64,000 nt of DNA from Octopus bimaculoides (Eukaryota), in contig NC_068985.1 of NCBI RefSeq assembly GCF_001194135.2, positions 77,438,568 to 77,502,567 on the forward strand, in the 5' to 3' direction. This document shows positions 10,356 through 21,758 of the stretch, piece by piece. Positions within the stretch are counted from its first letter, which is position 1. Every line of letters starts with the position of its first letter. Below the pieces are notes generated by a model, which was not told the DNA's origin, made no database searches, and was given only the letters and a program-made list of their open reading frames with translations. A program made the position numbers and the translations under genes.

Positions 10356-11322
10356 CTCAGGTGACTTTTGGAAACCCTGTACACACACACACACACACAC
10401 AGACACACACACACATACACACACATGTGCATATACGCGTTTGCGTGTGTTTCTGTCACTTGTCTGTCTAATGTGTAACATAGATACACAGCTGATCTCG
10501 AACCTTATGTGATACTGGTTTTGCATAGAAGCTTCTTTAGGGTTGAATGGAACCGTTATTCTTTAATAATTTTTCATCTGACAAGGCAACATATTTTGTA
10601 GGGTGTGGTCCGTTGCATCGATTTCACAGTCCATTTCTTTGGCATTTATTTAAAGAACCTCAGATCAATAAATATTAAAGTCGACCTGAACGAGATTCGA
10701 ACAGTAAACCTAAATACTGCAAGATATTGTCTCCTCTCGCATTAATAAAAGATTCGTTTCTCTTTTTCATCCAGGCAGAAAAACCCAAAATATTTTCAAA
10801 TCCAATGAATTTGCTTTTGTGTACCTGTGTGTGTGTGACCAATTTGTTTCCTCCACGGAAAAACTATCCTGTCATGGCGTCGTCTGCTCCTGAGTTTCTC
10901 TCTTGTTTTAACTTGATCTATCTTTTTCCTCATCATAGCTACATGGGTGGGTGGCTGTCATTGTCTAGACTCTGGTCAACTCTGATCAAGCAGGCCTATG
11001 ATCAAAATGGTTCAAGTCAAACCATTGTCTCCTTTCTTTTTCAGACTGCTATAATTGTTTTTCCTTGAGAGCTCAGGGTAGGAGTTGAAAGAGATTTGGT
11101 TGCTATTTTCAGCAGATTGAGCGTCCAGTATTGTGTGTTGGGATTGTGTTATGTGTTCACGCTCCTTAATGATGATTTTTCTGTCTGTGTGTTTGCTGTA
11201 CGTGAGAATACGATTGTGATGTTCTCTTCGCTGAAGAGTGTTACATTAAGTCGGGGTGCTGTTTAGGTCCAGATTAACCTTGTTCACGAAGACATGAGAT
11301 TCCAGTCGTAACAACCCCATTA

Positions 11323-11369
<47 letters not shown>

Positions 11370-11622
11370 AAATTTACACTGTAGACTTTGTATCCTTTAT
11401 TTAAGATGGTAGGGTGTCAATCAAAGATTTGGCTATTTCGAGTAAATCGGGCCGTCACTTAGAAGCCTCACCTCCCCATCCCTCTTTGGCTTGTATTTTG
11501 GTGTAATGCTGTGTTGAATATTGCTGTTTAGCCGCATGTCAACCCCGATACATTCCAGGCATAGGCTACCTAACGCCCACATTATCTAATGCATATAAAA
11601 TGAGAGGTTTGACTGTCATTTC

Positions 11623-11874
11623 GGTAATCTTCAAGTTTAGGGGGGTAAAAAATAAATAAAAATATTCAAGGGAAGTAACTGAACGTCTTACCAGTATTCT
11701 CCGTACATCTCTGTTTATAAATAAATCACACACGTGATTTGATTGACGTTAGGGTTAGGGTGTGATTTATTTATAAACAGCTAGAAGAAAACGGATAATA
11801 CTGGTAAGTTGTTCAGTTATTTCCCTTGAATATTTTTATTTACTTTTTTTACCCCCCTAAACTTGAAGATTACC
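11623..11874. mobile_element. 252-bp Merlin-like fold-back MITE with a central GTTAGGGTTAGGG
   Basis: Roughly 105-110 bp imperfect TIRs starting GGTAATCTTCAAGTTTAGGGGGGTAAAA. 8-bp TSD gtcatttc (11615-11622) and gttatttc (11875-11882). Confidence 0.8.
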
Positions 11875-13078
11875 GTTATTTCTACCAAGTCAACTATCCA
11901 CGTAGAGACTCCTTCATATGTTGCAGTGTGATATGTGTTGTTCTTGGATGGAAATCGGAACCGACTTAGTTCTCTGAAATACACCTCTGAAACTGTGTTT
12001 GCTCTAGAATACTTGATGATAATAATATTAATGGTTTCCATTATCCAGAGAGGGTTGTAAACTATAAAAAGGTGTGGTCAGTCAGTTGAATGAACCACAA
12101 TATATGACTGGTATTTGTTATCAACCCTATTGAGATGACTTGTATTGTTGGTCCTAGCAGGATTTGAATTTGGAACATAAGCAGATATAATTAAATGCTG
12201 CAAGGTGATTATTTAATCTGACAGAGTTTCTGACATTCAGGAATACAGTGATGAATCTGCTTGCTTATTTTGATCATGAGCACTCAATAGTTTGATGAGT
12301 TATCATATATGTGGTTGAGTATTCCACAGACATGTGTATCCTTAGTATAATTCTCAGACCAAATCAGTGTGGCACAGTATGTAATAAGACTGCTAACAAT
12401 TCATCTGATTAGTTTCCACACAATTTCTGTCTACACCAGTTTCACTCATTGTTTGGGTCAACCTAAGTTTATAGTAAAAAGATACTTGCCCAAGATGCTA
12501 TACACTGGTTTAAACCCAGAACTTTGTGATTCCAAAGTGAACTTCTTTACTATTTGGCCATGCTTGTGTCCACCAAGAATACAGGAGAGTAAATCTAGTT
12601 GGCCATATACCTAGTGCATGAGTATATGGCCATATACCTAGTGCTTTGAACTCAATAAATATGACAAACAGAAGACGACTGGGTATTTAGCTTAACAGTT
12701 TAGGGTTTCTGTAATTCTGAGTAATAATGTTTGAGTTAAAAATAGTTAATAGGGATTTTCTTCTCCAAAATTTCATGGTTAATTATGCTTGCAGTGAGAG
12801 ATTTAGTCAGTCTTCACTTAATGAAAATCAATGTCATTATCAGCTTGAGTTGAACCTCTGCTTGTGAGATTTCACTACTTCTGTCTAGATTACTTCCTCA
12901 CTTCTATACTCTTAATTGTATGAAGTATGTTTGTGTGTGGATTGTGTTGAATTGACTGGTTTAATGTGTATGTATGATAGCTGTGATGAAAAAACATTGT
13001 TTACTACATTTATTGTTAATTTCTCTTGCCTTTGAAGTGGAACTATATGATCGTAAACAAATGTAATCTGTGTACATA

Positions 13079-13150
<72 letters not shown>

Positions 13151-13167
13151 TGCATATAGATACACAT

Positions 13168-13515
13168 TTGGCTGTGGTTAGAAAGTTTGTTTCTTAACCA
13201 TGTGGTTTCAGGTGTGACATCTTGAGTGTCTTTTTACTATAACCCTGAGCTGATGAAAGCCTTGAGTGGATGTGGTAGATGGAAACTGAAAGAAGCCCAT
13301 CGTGTGTGTGTTTGCATGTGCATACATGCATTTATACTTCTTTTGTCTTGACATCATGTAATACTTGTTTCCAATCTCCTATGAAAAACATGTCTAATCA
13401 TTAAATATTATATTGCTTGGAAACAAGTGAGAGTTGGTGACAGTAAGGGCATCTGGCTATAAAAACATCTTCCACAAGTCCTGTCTAACTTGTGCAAGCA
13501 TGAAAAAGTGGATGT
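13168..13515 (+). mobile_element. Decayed family A SINE head joined to an RTE-type tail
   Basis: ggctgtggttag..aagccttgagtggatgtggtagatggaaactgaaagaagccc, then ..gcaagcatgaaaaagtggatgttaacatgatg. Confidence 0.65.
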
Positions 13516-13759
13516 TAACATGATGTTGATGATTTATCATTGGTTGTCAAATCTGTCTCAATGACTGCAGTCATTGAGAAAGAAATATTGCAGACATTTT
13601 CCTATATCATGATTCTGTAGCTTCTCTATCATGAGCTTTTAGATGATTACATAAATCCAACTTGGATTTAGATATTTTTATGACAAGCATACCACAAAAT
13701 TTGGTCATGAACATCAGTAGCAGGATTGTAATTTTGTGCATTTGTCCAAACTGGATTTT

Positions 13760-15051
13760 TAACTCAGCAACTAAATTCCCACCTTTTTTTTTTAAATTTA
13801 AATTTTTTAAAAGGTTTAATAAAAAATAAAACTAATTAATCAATAATGTATTCACCCTTGTTGTTTACAACTTCTTCCCAACGTTCAACAAGATTTTCAA
13901 TACCTCGTTGGTAGAAATCACCAGATTTCGACTCGAAAAATTGATCCAACCAAGCTCTCAGTTCTGCATCAGTATTGAACTAAACTCCGCACATAGCATT
14001 TGAAAGAGATCGAAAGAGGTGGAAATCCATTGGTATCAAATGAAGAGAGTATTCCGGATGTGGCGGCGCTTCCCGGCCATGCGTTTGAATGGCTTCCTTG
14101 GTCATTGGCAATATGAGGGTGAGTGTTGTCATGCATCAGAACTCCATGCTGCCAATTAGGTCTTTTTTTGTGGAATAGCCATGTTGAGTTGTTCCATCTT
14201 CTGAGCATAGAGTTCCATGTTGACCGTTTGGTTCCGTTCAAGCAATTCGTAATGAATAATCCCTTCCCAGTCCCACCACATACACAACATCATTTTACGC
14301 GGATGAAGATCTTGTTTCACGCGCGGTGTCGCTTGTTTACCGGGGCTAAACCACTCGTTACGCTGCTTCATATTGATGTACAGGCACCATTTTTCTTCAC
14401 CAGTAACGATTTGGTAAAGAAATCATTGCTTGTGTCCCTGAGTTGAGCAGTGACGAGCAAGCAAACCAGCGGAGATTGTGGTTCGTTGATTTTTGTTGTT
14501 GTCACTTAAAGCATGCGGAACCCATGCTCCATACATCTGAACCTTTCCCATCGAGTGAAGATGCTTCTCTATAGTAGTGTGGGAGCATTCCATTTTCTCT
14601 GCCAGTTCCCTTGTCATTTGACAAGAATTTTCATGCAAAAGTTGGTTTAATTGCTCTTCATCAAACTCAACTGGACGGCCAGAATGAGGTGCGTCTTTGA
14701 GGTCAACATTTCTATTTTTGAACTTGGCATACTAATCACAAGCGGTTCTTTCAGCTATGGCACCCTCTCCATACACAGCAGAAATGTTGTGAGCAGTTTT
14801 TGCGGCCTTAGAACGTTGATTAAAAGCAAAAAGAAAGAGGTGTTGAAAAATGCTCGTTTTTCTTGACTTGACATTCCATTTTAATGATCTAAAAATAAAC
14901 AAAAATTAACTAAAATTAATCAGAAAAAAAAACAAAATAGATTTCAAAATGATTCAAAAATAGAATTCTCGAAAAAAATAGATTCCAAAATTTAAAAACG
15001 CAATAAATTCCAAAATTTAAAAAAAACGCGGGAACTTAGTTGCCAACCCTA
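13760..15051 (-). mobile_element. Full-length but inactive mariner (D,D34D) transposon
   Basis: Transposase about 14879 to 13836 (MECQVKKNEHF..SGRP..WVPHAL..VTGEEKW..KMMLCMWWD..MHDN..HPEYS..DFHLF..GEYIID*) with stops and frameshifts. TIR gggttggcaactaagttcccgcg next to TA at 15052-15053; degenerate partner cagcaactaaattcccac near 13765. Confidence 0.92.
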
Positions 15052-16401
15052 TATAATGTTTGGGTGGGGCTGGTGGAAGTGCATGCTTGTAAATGTCTTG
15101 TCTTTGTGTCCTAAAGTGAACTCTTGTGGTCAACTAGACTGGTTTTGAAAGCATAATACAGTCACAGAAAACTTCTCATTACTGCAGGGAAGTTTAGTGA
15201 AACAAGCAAAAACACCCACCTAAAACCCTCCAAAATAAGTTAGCATTGCTTGTGCAGAATTTTAGGTCTGATGAGGTTTGCATTACCCTTCATAGACACT
15301 CTCTGCCTTGGTGGCCATTGAATAAAATCCACACACTCAGTAGTGTGAGAGCATCATGATCTGTGCCAAATGAAGGTTCACAAATGGGCCAAAACCACTG
15401 AGAGAGATATTGCTTTATTGTAACTAAGGGTACTTCACACCAGTTGTTTTAGAACACACCGGACACCTACTTGGAATTTCCAGTTCCTCCTGCTATTGAT
15501 TGTTGGGTTCATTTGTCCTTTTGACAGGTTTTGATTTTGTCCTATTAGGTTTCCAGCAGCTCTCCCTCATCAGACCAGCTCAGTGGGATGCCAGGTGAGT
15601 TGCTGATAGACCCAAGCATGCAACAGTTTATACAGGATTACATGTTACAAGTAGTATTCAAGAACAACATTATACAGACACATACACACATATGTGAGTG
15701 TGTGTGTTGATCATGCATATAAATATACATATTAAAGGTTACTCTGGCATATACCCAACAGTGACTTTTCATCTGGAAAATAAGACTGCTGGCACATCAG
15801 TAATTAATAGACTTATGTATATACACAATTATTTACACATACATAGTCACACATTTATGCATCTGAATACAGACACTCAGACATATTTCAACAAGTTATG
15901 TCAACAAAAAAAAATTGCACTTTGTTCTTGAATTCATCAATCATTCATAAGAACAATTGTATCTCAACTGGTTCTATTACAACTTATTTTTGAAATCAGA
16001 GTTTTGTTTTCTAAAAGTTTCCAAGCATGACCATCATGTCTTTGTTTTTGGAGATTTTCTACATGTGTAAGTTAGAATGCATTCCAATCATGGCTATTTT
16101 TTATTTTTTTGAGACTATGCATCCAAATGAATCGGGAAACATCATTTAGTGCCCACTTTTCCATACTTGCACGGATCAGATGGAGTTTGTTGAAGGAGAT
16201 GATTGGATGCTCTCTTATTTCTCTCATTTATTTCCAGATATGGTAATATTTTCAATAGCCAGCTTTGTTTTTCACAGAAGAGTGGAAACAAACAACAAAC
16301 TATCCAGCCCATGCCAGCATGGACAACAGACGTTAAATGATAATGATGGTGATGCTCATTTACAAACTTCATGTGTTGCCAAGGGGGTTACACACCTACA
16401 A

Positions 16402-16431
<30 letters not shown>

Positions 16432-16433
<2 letters not shown>

Positions 16434-16592
16434 ATGGGCTCCTTCCTGTTTCCATCCAACAAATTTATTTGCAAGGCTTTGGTTAGCCCAGGGCTATAGC
16501 ATAAGATATTTGCCTAAAAGTGCCATGCAATAGGACTGAACCCAAGACCACATAGTTTGGAAGTAAGCTTCTTGACCACACAGCCATGCCTG
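16432..16592 (-). mobile_element. Family A SINE head
   Basis: Reverse complement of caggcatggctgtgtggtcaagaagcttacttcc..gggttcagtcc..aaagccttgc. Confidence 0.75.
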
Positions 16593-16989
16593 TGAACTAT
16601 ATGAACTTAAATAAGATTTAATGTAATTTATGATAAGACAATTTATTGCATATTATTGCAGTGGAATAGGATTCAAAATTATGTGATTTATGAACAATCA
16701 CAATAAGTATTTTTCTTGCCATGTATGATAATCCATAGAATGGTGTGATTCAAAATATTGGTCATGCTCCATTGTACCTCTTCTTGAGTTCAAAAGAAAG
16801 AAAATCAGAACCACTTTTAGGTACTTAAATAATGTGGACTAGCCATATTTCTTCTCTATAGTAAGTCACTTGAGTTTGTCCATCTCTCATACTTTAATCT
16901 CTCAACACCTACAACAAAGCCATCTCCTCCTTTCAAATACTTCCACCCACTTAATTGAAGGGACTTCTTTTTTCTTTTCCTATCTTGCA

Positions 16990-17150
16990 AGTTTCTTGAT
17001 GACCTCACTAGTGCTGGTGGCATATGAAAAGCATTCAGTAAGCTGGTAGGTGTTAAGAAGGGTATCCAACTGTAGAAACCATGCTAAAGCTGACATGGGT
17101 GTTGGATTCTGTGAAACTACCCAACACATGCCAGCATGGAAAGTGATGAA
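16990..17150 (+). mobile_element. SINE or LINE remnant with RTE-type 3' tail
   Basis: ..gttaagaagggtatccaactgtagaaaccatgc..cccaacacatgccagcatggaaagtgatg, homologous to the 43.2, 46.3 and 47.5 kb copies. Confidence 0.65.
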
Positions 17151-18435
17151 GATTTGTCTCTGATTTGAATATAAGAGAAAAAGAGTGATCACAGTCGGAA
17201 TGCTTTTATTTTTACGAATATAACAAAAACAAAAAAAAAAAAAAATTCTGAATTTATAAAGACAGGAAGGTGATGGTTGGAAAATTGGGAAGATAATCTG
17301 CTACCATAAACAACAACAAAAAGAAAAGGATAGTCACAATTGAAACATGGTCTTGACTGGAAAACATGAAAGGTAAACCAGATTCTCTAAAACAGATGGA
17401 ATGGTTGTTAGACATGTTTGTTTTAACTAATATTTGATAGATTGATGAATAAATTATGATTTGAATCTCTTGAAGCATAACCATTAAGTAGAATTATACC
17501 ATCTTTGATGGCCTTGAACTTTGGTGCAGTTTTTCATCATAAGAAGTAACTGAAGAAAGTTACCGAGGAGAATATGCATGGCAACTGAAACCAACACAAA
17601 GTGGTTGTAGTTGGCAAGAAACCATAAAAGGATTGACAGGAGACAGTTAATTCAGTCCTTGTTGCCCCACTCAGGCAAAACATACAGGCTTAGAGGCACA
17701 ATACTTGTGACTCTGAGATACCTACTGAAGATATGGAAGGTTTTACTGATATTACAATGACTTTAGTCACCATCAAGAGAAGAGTTTGCAGTGTCTTTAT
17801 GTGACTCCTACAGCTTCTGTATGGAGCAAAGAAAGTATCTAAGATGTTTATCTCATCTAAGTTCATTTTGGCGTTTTGTTTCCAAAGTGGTCTTGTGGTT
17901 TTAATTTACATAGAAAATGTCAAAAAATTTGCATAGTGTATATCCTCCCTTGTCAGATAACACTTTAGTAAAGCTGAAAAAACAACCATATTTTCTTTAC
18001 CAGGACTTGCAGATTTACCCATTGTTAAGAGAGTTTGCGTAATTCTTAAAATGCTCACACCACGTCTTAACTAAAAATTTTTGCATTCCAATATTGGACC
18101 CACTTTTTATTTTATTATTTTTTTTACACTCTATGACATCAAGTAAACTTAGTTTTCTTTTTCATGAAAAGTAGTTAACATGTAGAGTTGTGCTGATACT
18201 TGTCAGCAGTCCTTATTTCAAGAAGTCTTTTCCATATATTCGATTATGCTAGTTCTATTTTTAGGTGATTTTATGAAAGAGAAGTTTTATGACTTTTGGA
18301 ATCAACTGTGGATTATTTAAACAATTGTTGGTTGCAGACCAAAAACTGCACTGATATCTATCATCTCCTCTCTATTATTGAACCACTGTGGTACTTTCAA
18401 TTTACTTTCACTATTTACATGAACATGTTTGTGTG

Positions 18436-18491
<56 letters not shown>

Positions 18492-18714
18492 CTATCCTTA
18501 TATGCATATATGCATGTATATTTAATGTGCATATATAGGCTTATATATTTATTGATGTGTATATATGCTTCTATATTTGTATGTACAAATATACACATAT
18601 ATATGCATAAATGTATGCCTATATGTGTGTTTGTGTGTGTGTGTACATATGCATGTATTATGTATGCAAATATGGGTAATTATGTAGACATACTTGTATA
18701 AATATTTACATTTC

Positions 18715-18757
<43 letters not shown>

Positions 18758-18758
<1 letters not shown>

Positions 18759-19561
18759 CTCCACTCTCGATGTCAAAGTAGAGCGCAAAACAGTTTCGTG
18801 GTTACAAGGTTCTAGGTTGCTTGCTCGGGCACCGGGAAAGAAATCTCTGATCTCCAAGAAGAATCAAAAAGCCCGTCTTTGTTTTGCTCAGAAGAACAGT
18901 GGTCGCAGGTTCATTTTATCGATGAATCTTAAGTTTAATGTGATTGGTTCTGATGGCGGGATGTACGTCCAACGAAGTGGCGAAAGGTTATCTCGTGCAT
19001 GTGTGAAGGAGACAGTGAAATATGGAGGAAGCAGTGTATTGATATGGGAAGTGATCTCTGCTGCTGGTTCCGGTCCACTTATTCGCCTACAAGGGACTGT
19101 CGATGCTGAAATCTACCAGCAGATTCTGGGGGTGGGGGGAAGGAGAAATCCAAAGAATCAAAATGAACTCTCTGAATTATTGAAAAACGATTGGAACAAT
19201 ATCGTTCCATCACTTTGCTAGAAATTAATTCAGTCATGTGGTAACAGATGTCAGGAGGTCATTGATAGAAAAAGGATGTTCACAAAATATTAATAGTAAA
19301 GGTTTCTTTTTTGTTCTTGTTCCGTTTTTCATTGGTTTTCTAAGTGACCCTTAACTTTTGGCTGTTGCATATTGGAAGATTTGTTTATTTCCTCATAACT
19401 TACGAAATATTTATTCCATTCACTTGAAATTTTCACGAAAGATAGATATTAGATATATCTAAATATGTATAAAACATCTAGTCTCAACGTTTTATCAATC
19501 TTTTATAATACATATTTCAATACACTTGTTCTTACTGACCCTTGTATTGTGGTCGCTACTG
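18758..19561 (+). mobile_element. Tc1-like transposon, 5'-truncated and internally deleted
   Basis: KKSLISKKNQKARLCFAQK..KFNVIGSDG..YVQR..ETVKYGGSSVLIWEVISAAGSGPLIRLQGTVDAEIYQQIL. The second Asp/Glu region is missing. Terminal gtggtcgctactg followed by TA. Confidence 0.88.
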
Positions 19562-19574
19562 TATGTGTGTGTAA

Positions 19575-19860
19575 GCCAGCATCATTTTCCATGTTGGTGT
19601 GGGTTGGACAGTCTGACAGAAGTTAATGAACCAGATTTAAGCATGATTTCTATGGCTGGGTGCCTTTCCTAATGCAAACCATTTCACAGAGTGTACTTGG
19701 TGCTTTTTATGCGACACAAGTATTAGTGACGTGACCAGGTAACTTACAAGGCGATCTTAACTGAAGTGTTGGAGGTGACTTTTTGTAGGTGATGTGAGGT
19801 TTAAATATGATAGAGGGTCAGAAATAGGTGTCTTGCAGTAGAGAGAGCATTTGGCTATCG
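19575..19860 (-). mobile_element. RTE-tailed repeat
   Basis: catcattttccatgttggtgtgggttggacagt..ggctgggtgcctttcctaatgc..ttcacagagtgtac. Confidence 0.65.
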
Positions 19861-19980
19861 CTGTTGGAAAATGATATAGAAGCTGGTCAAGAGATACCAG
19901 TAGGTACCAAGAGAAGTGGTCCAGTGGCATCGGCAGGTAATTTCGCAATAGTGTTAAAAGAGAGAGAATGTATGTTTGTA

Positions 19981-20015
<35 letters not shown>

Positions 20016-20512
20016 ATTTATATATGTTTGTATGTATGTGTGTGTGTATGTATGTATGTATAAGTTAATATTTGTTTTCACGTTCAGCTATAATGAAAGC
20101 AATTTTACATTAATCTGAGGGGTTACTCTGCAATTTTGTAGTATAAAAATGTATTATTCTTAAACAAGAGTATTATTGGCAGTGAATTCGAAGTTTCGGC
20201 CAGTTAAGCCATCGTCGAAATTGACCGGAACTTTGAAGTCACTATCAAGTTTTCTTGTTTAAGAATAATAATAGGCTCGCGCGCAGACACACACACACGT
20301 TTGTGTATGTGCACATACATGATTACTCCTATATATGTATATATTTATATATACATTTATGTATTGGTAAATGCATATATAGTATTAAAACAAGTTGATT
20401 CGGCTCCACACGCTTTAAAGTTTCGCAGGCTTCTTACCGAAACCTAGCTCAATGAGGCATAGAATGAAGAGATACAGAAAGTCCAAGTGTCATATATAAT
20501 ACCTAGATGTTT

Positions 20513-20562
<50 letters not shown>

Positions 20563-21532
20563 ATACATTTTGTGAAATAACCAAATACGATATCTGAGGA
20601 CATAGTGGCATCACGCACCTTGTCACTTCTTACAATCATCTCATTTTCCCTATCTCTCTCATAATCTCTTTCTACCTTCTTTCACCATTATCAACACTAT
20701 TGGCAGCGCTGTCGTATACTCGCTGCCACTGCCGTATTAACCAATGTCACACTTTCCATCAGCACCGCTACCACAACAATCAACAGTTCCTGCCTTATTA
20801 TCTGAGTTACTTCCTTTAGCATTGCACACATGAAAACTGAAAAGCAATATTCATATCTATCTATCTATCTATCTATCTGTCTGTCTATGCATAATAATCG
20901 TGTGTGTAAGTATATGAGCAATTGTATGCATATGTGTGTTTATATGTGTACATATTTCTGTATATATAGTTATGCATATGTGTGTATGTGTTCAAATAAA
21001 TCTTCTTATACACCACTTCTTTGAGTAAGGATATTAATTCGTTCCACCTTTGCTTCTTCATAGGAAATTCTGATATCAGAAGAAGGTTAAGCATCGTTCC
21101 TCTGCAGATACTTTCTTTGAACTTCTCTAAGAAATATGCACTTACTTAAAATATAAGATAGTGCTGCAATATACATACGTGCATGCATGTATATATGTAT
21201 GTATGTATGAATGAATGAAAAAATGTTTTGAATAATATTCTATATAATTGAACAACTGAAATAAAACCATTGTATTTAGTTTATGCAGTGAGTGAAATAG
21301 AGATAACTATAAAATATAGATTTTAGTGCTACTGGTTCTCTTTTTTTTCTGTTTCGTTTTTGTCTTTATGAAAATCATGAAACGTTGGTTGCTTTGTCTT
21401 CTTTTTGTGAACCTATAATTCTTTCCTGTAACAATTCATCATTATAGATTTTATTGGTCTTTTAACGTTCGTGTTGTGTTCAAAACTTTGATCATTTTCT
21501 TCAAAGTCGTTTTAGTGCGGTGAGTTAGGGTG

Positions 21533-21758
21533 GTAACCTTTAGCCGGTCTTGTCTGTCTCCTGTGACACACAGGTCATAATTCCCTAGCGTCCATGCGTC
21601 ATATATAATACACATTCCAATTTGTTTTCAACCACCAAAGTAACTTGGGACTTATGAAAGGAAAGCTTTAAATTAATCAGAACGTATAAAACAAAATCTA
21701 ACTGAAAACCAGCATGGATGTTTAGGGAAAACTTATGACAATACTTGGGACAGGCAAA
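21533..21758. mobile_element. Degenerate piggyBac-like MITE
   Basis: Right end ggcaaaggg followed by TTAA; weak left partner aacctttagccggtc. Confidence 0.35.

Noticed and set aside
19838-19937. Open exon-like segment ENDIEAGQEIPVGTKRSGPVASA with a donor
   Set aside because: It overlaps the end of an RTE-tailed repeat, has a weak acceptor and no recognisable homology.
20411-20450. Back-to-back CGAAAC motifs each followed by a near-palindrome
   Set aside because: There is no acceptable CTGANGA core on either strand; too degenerate to call.
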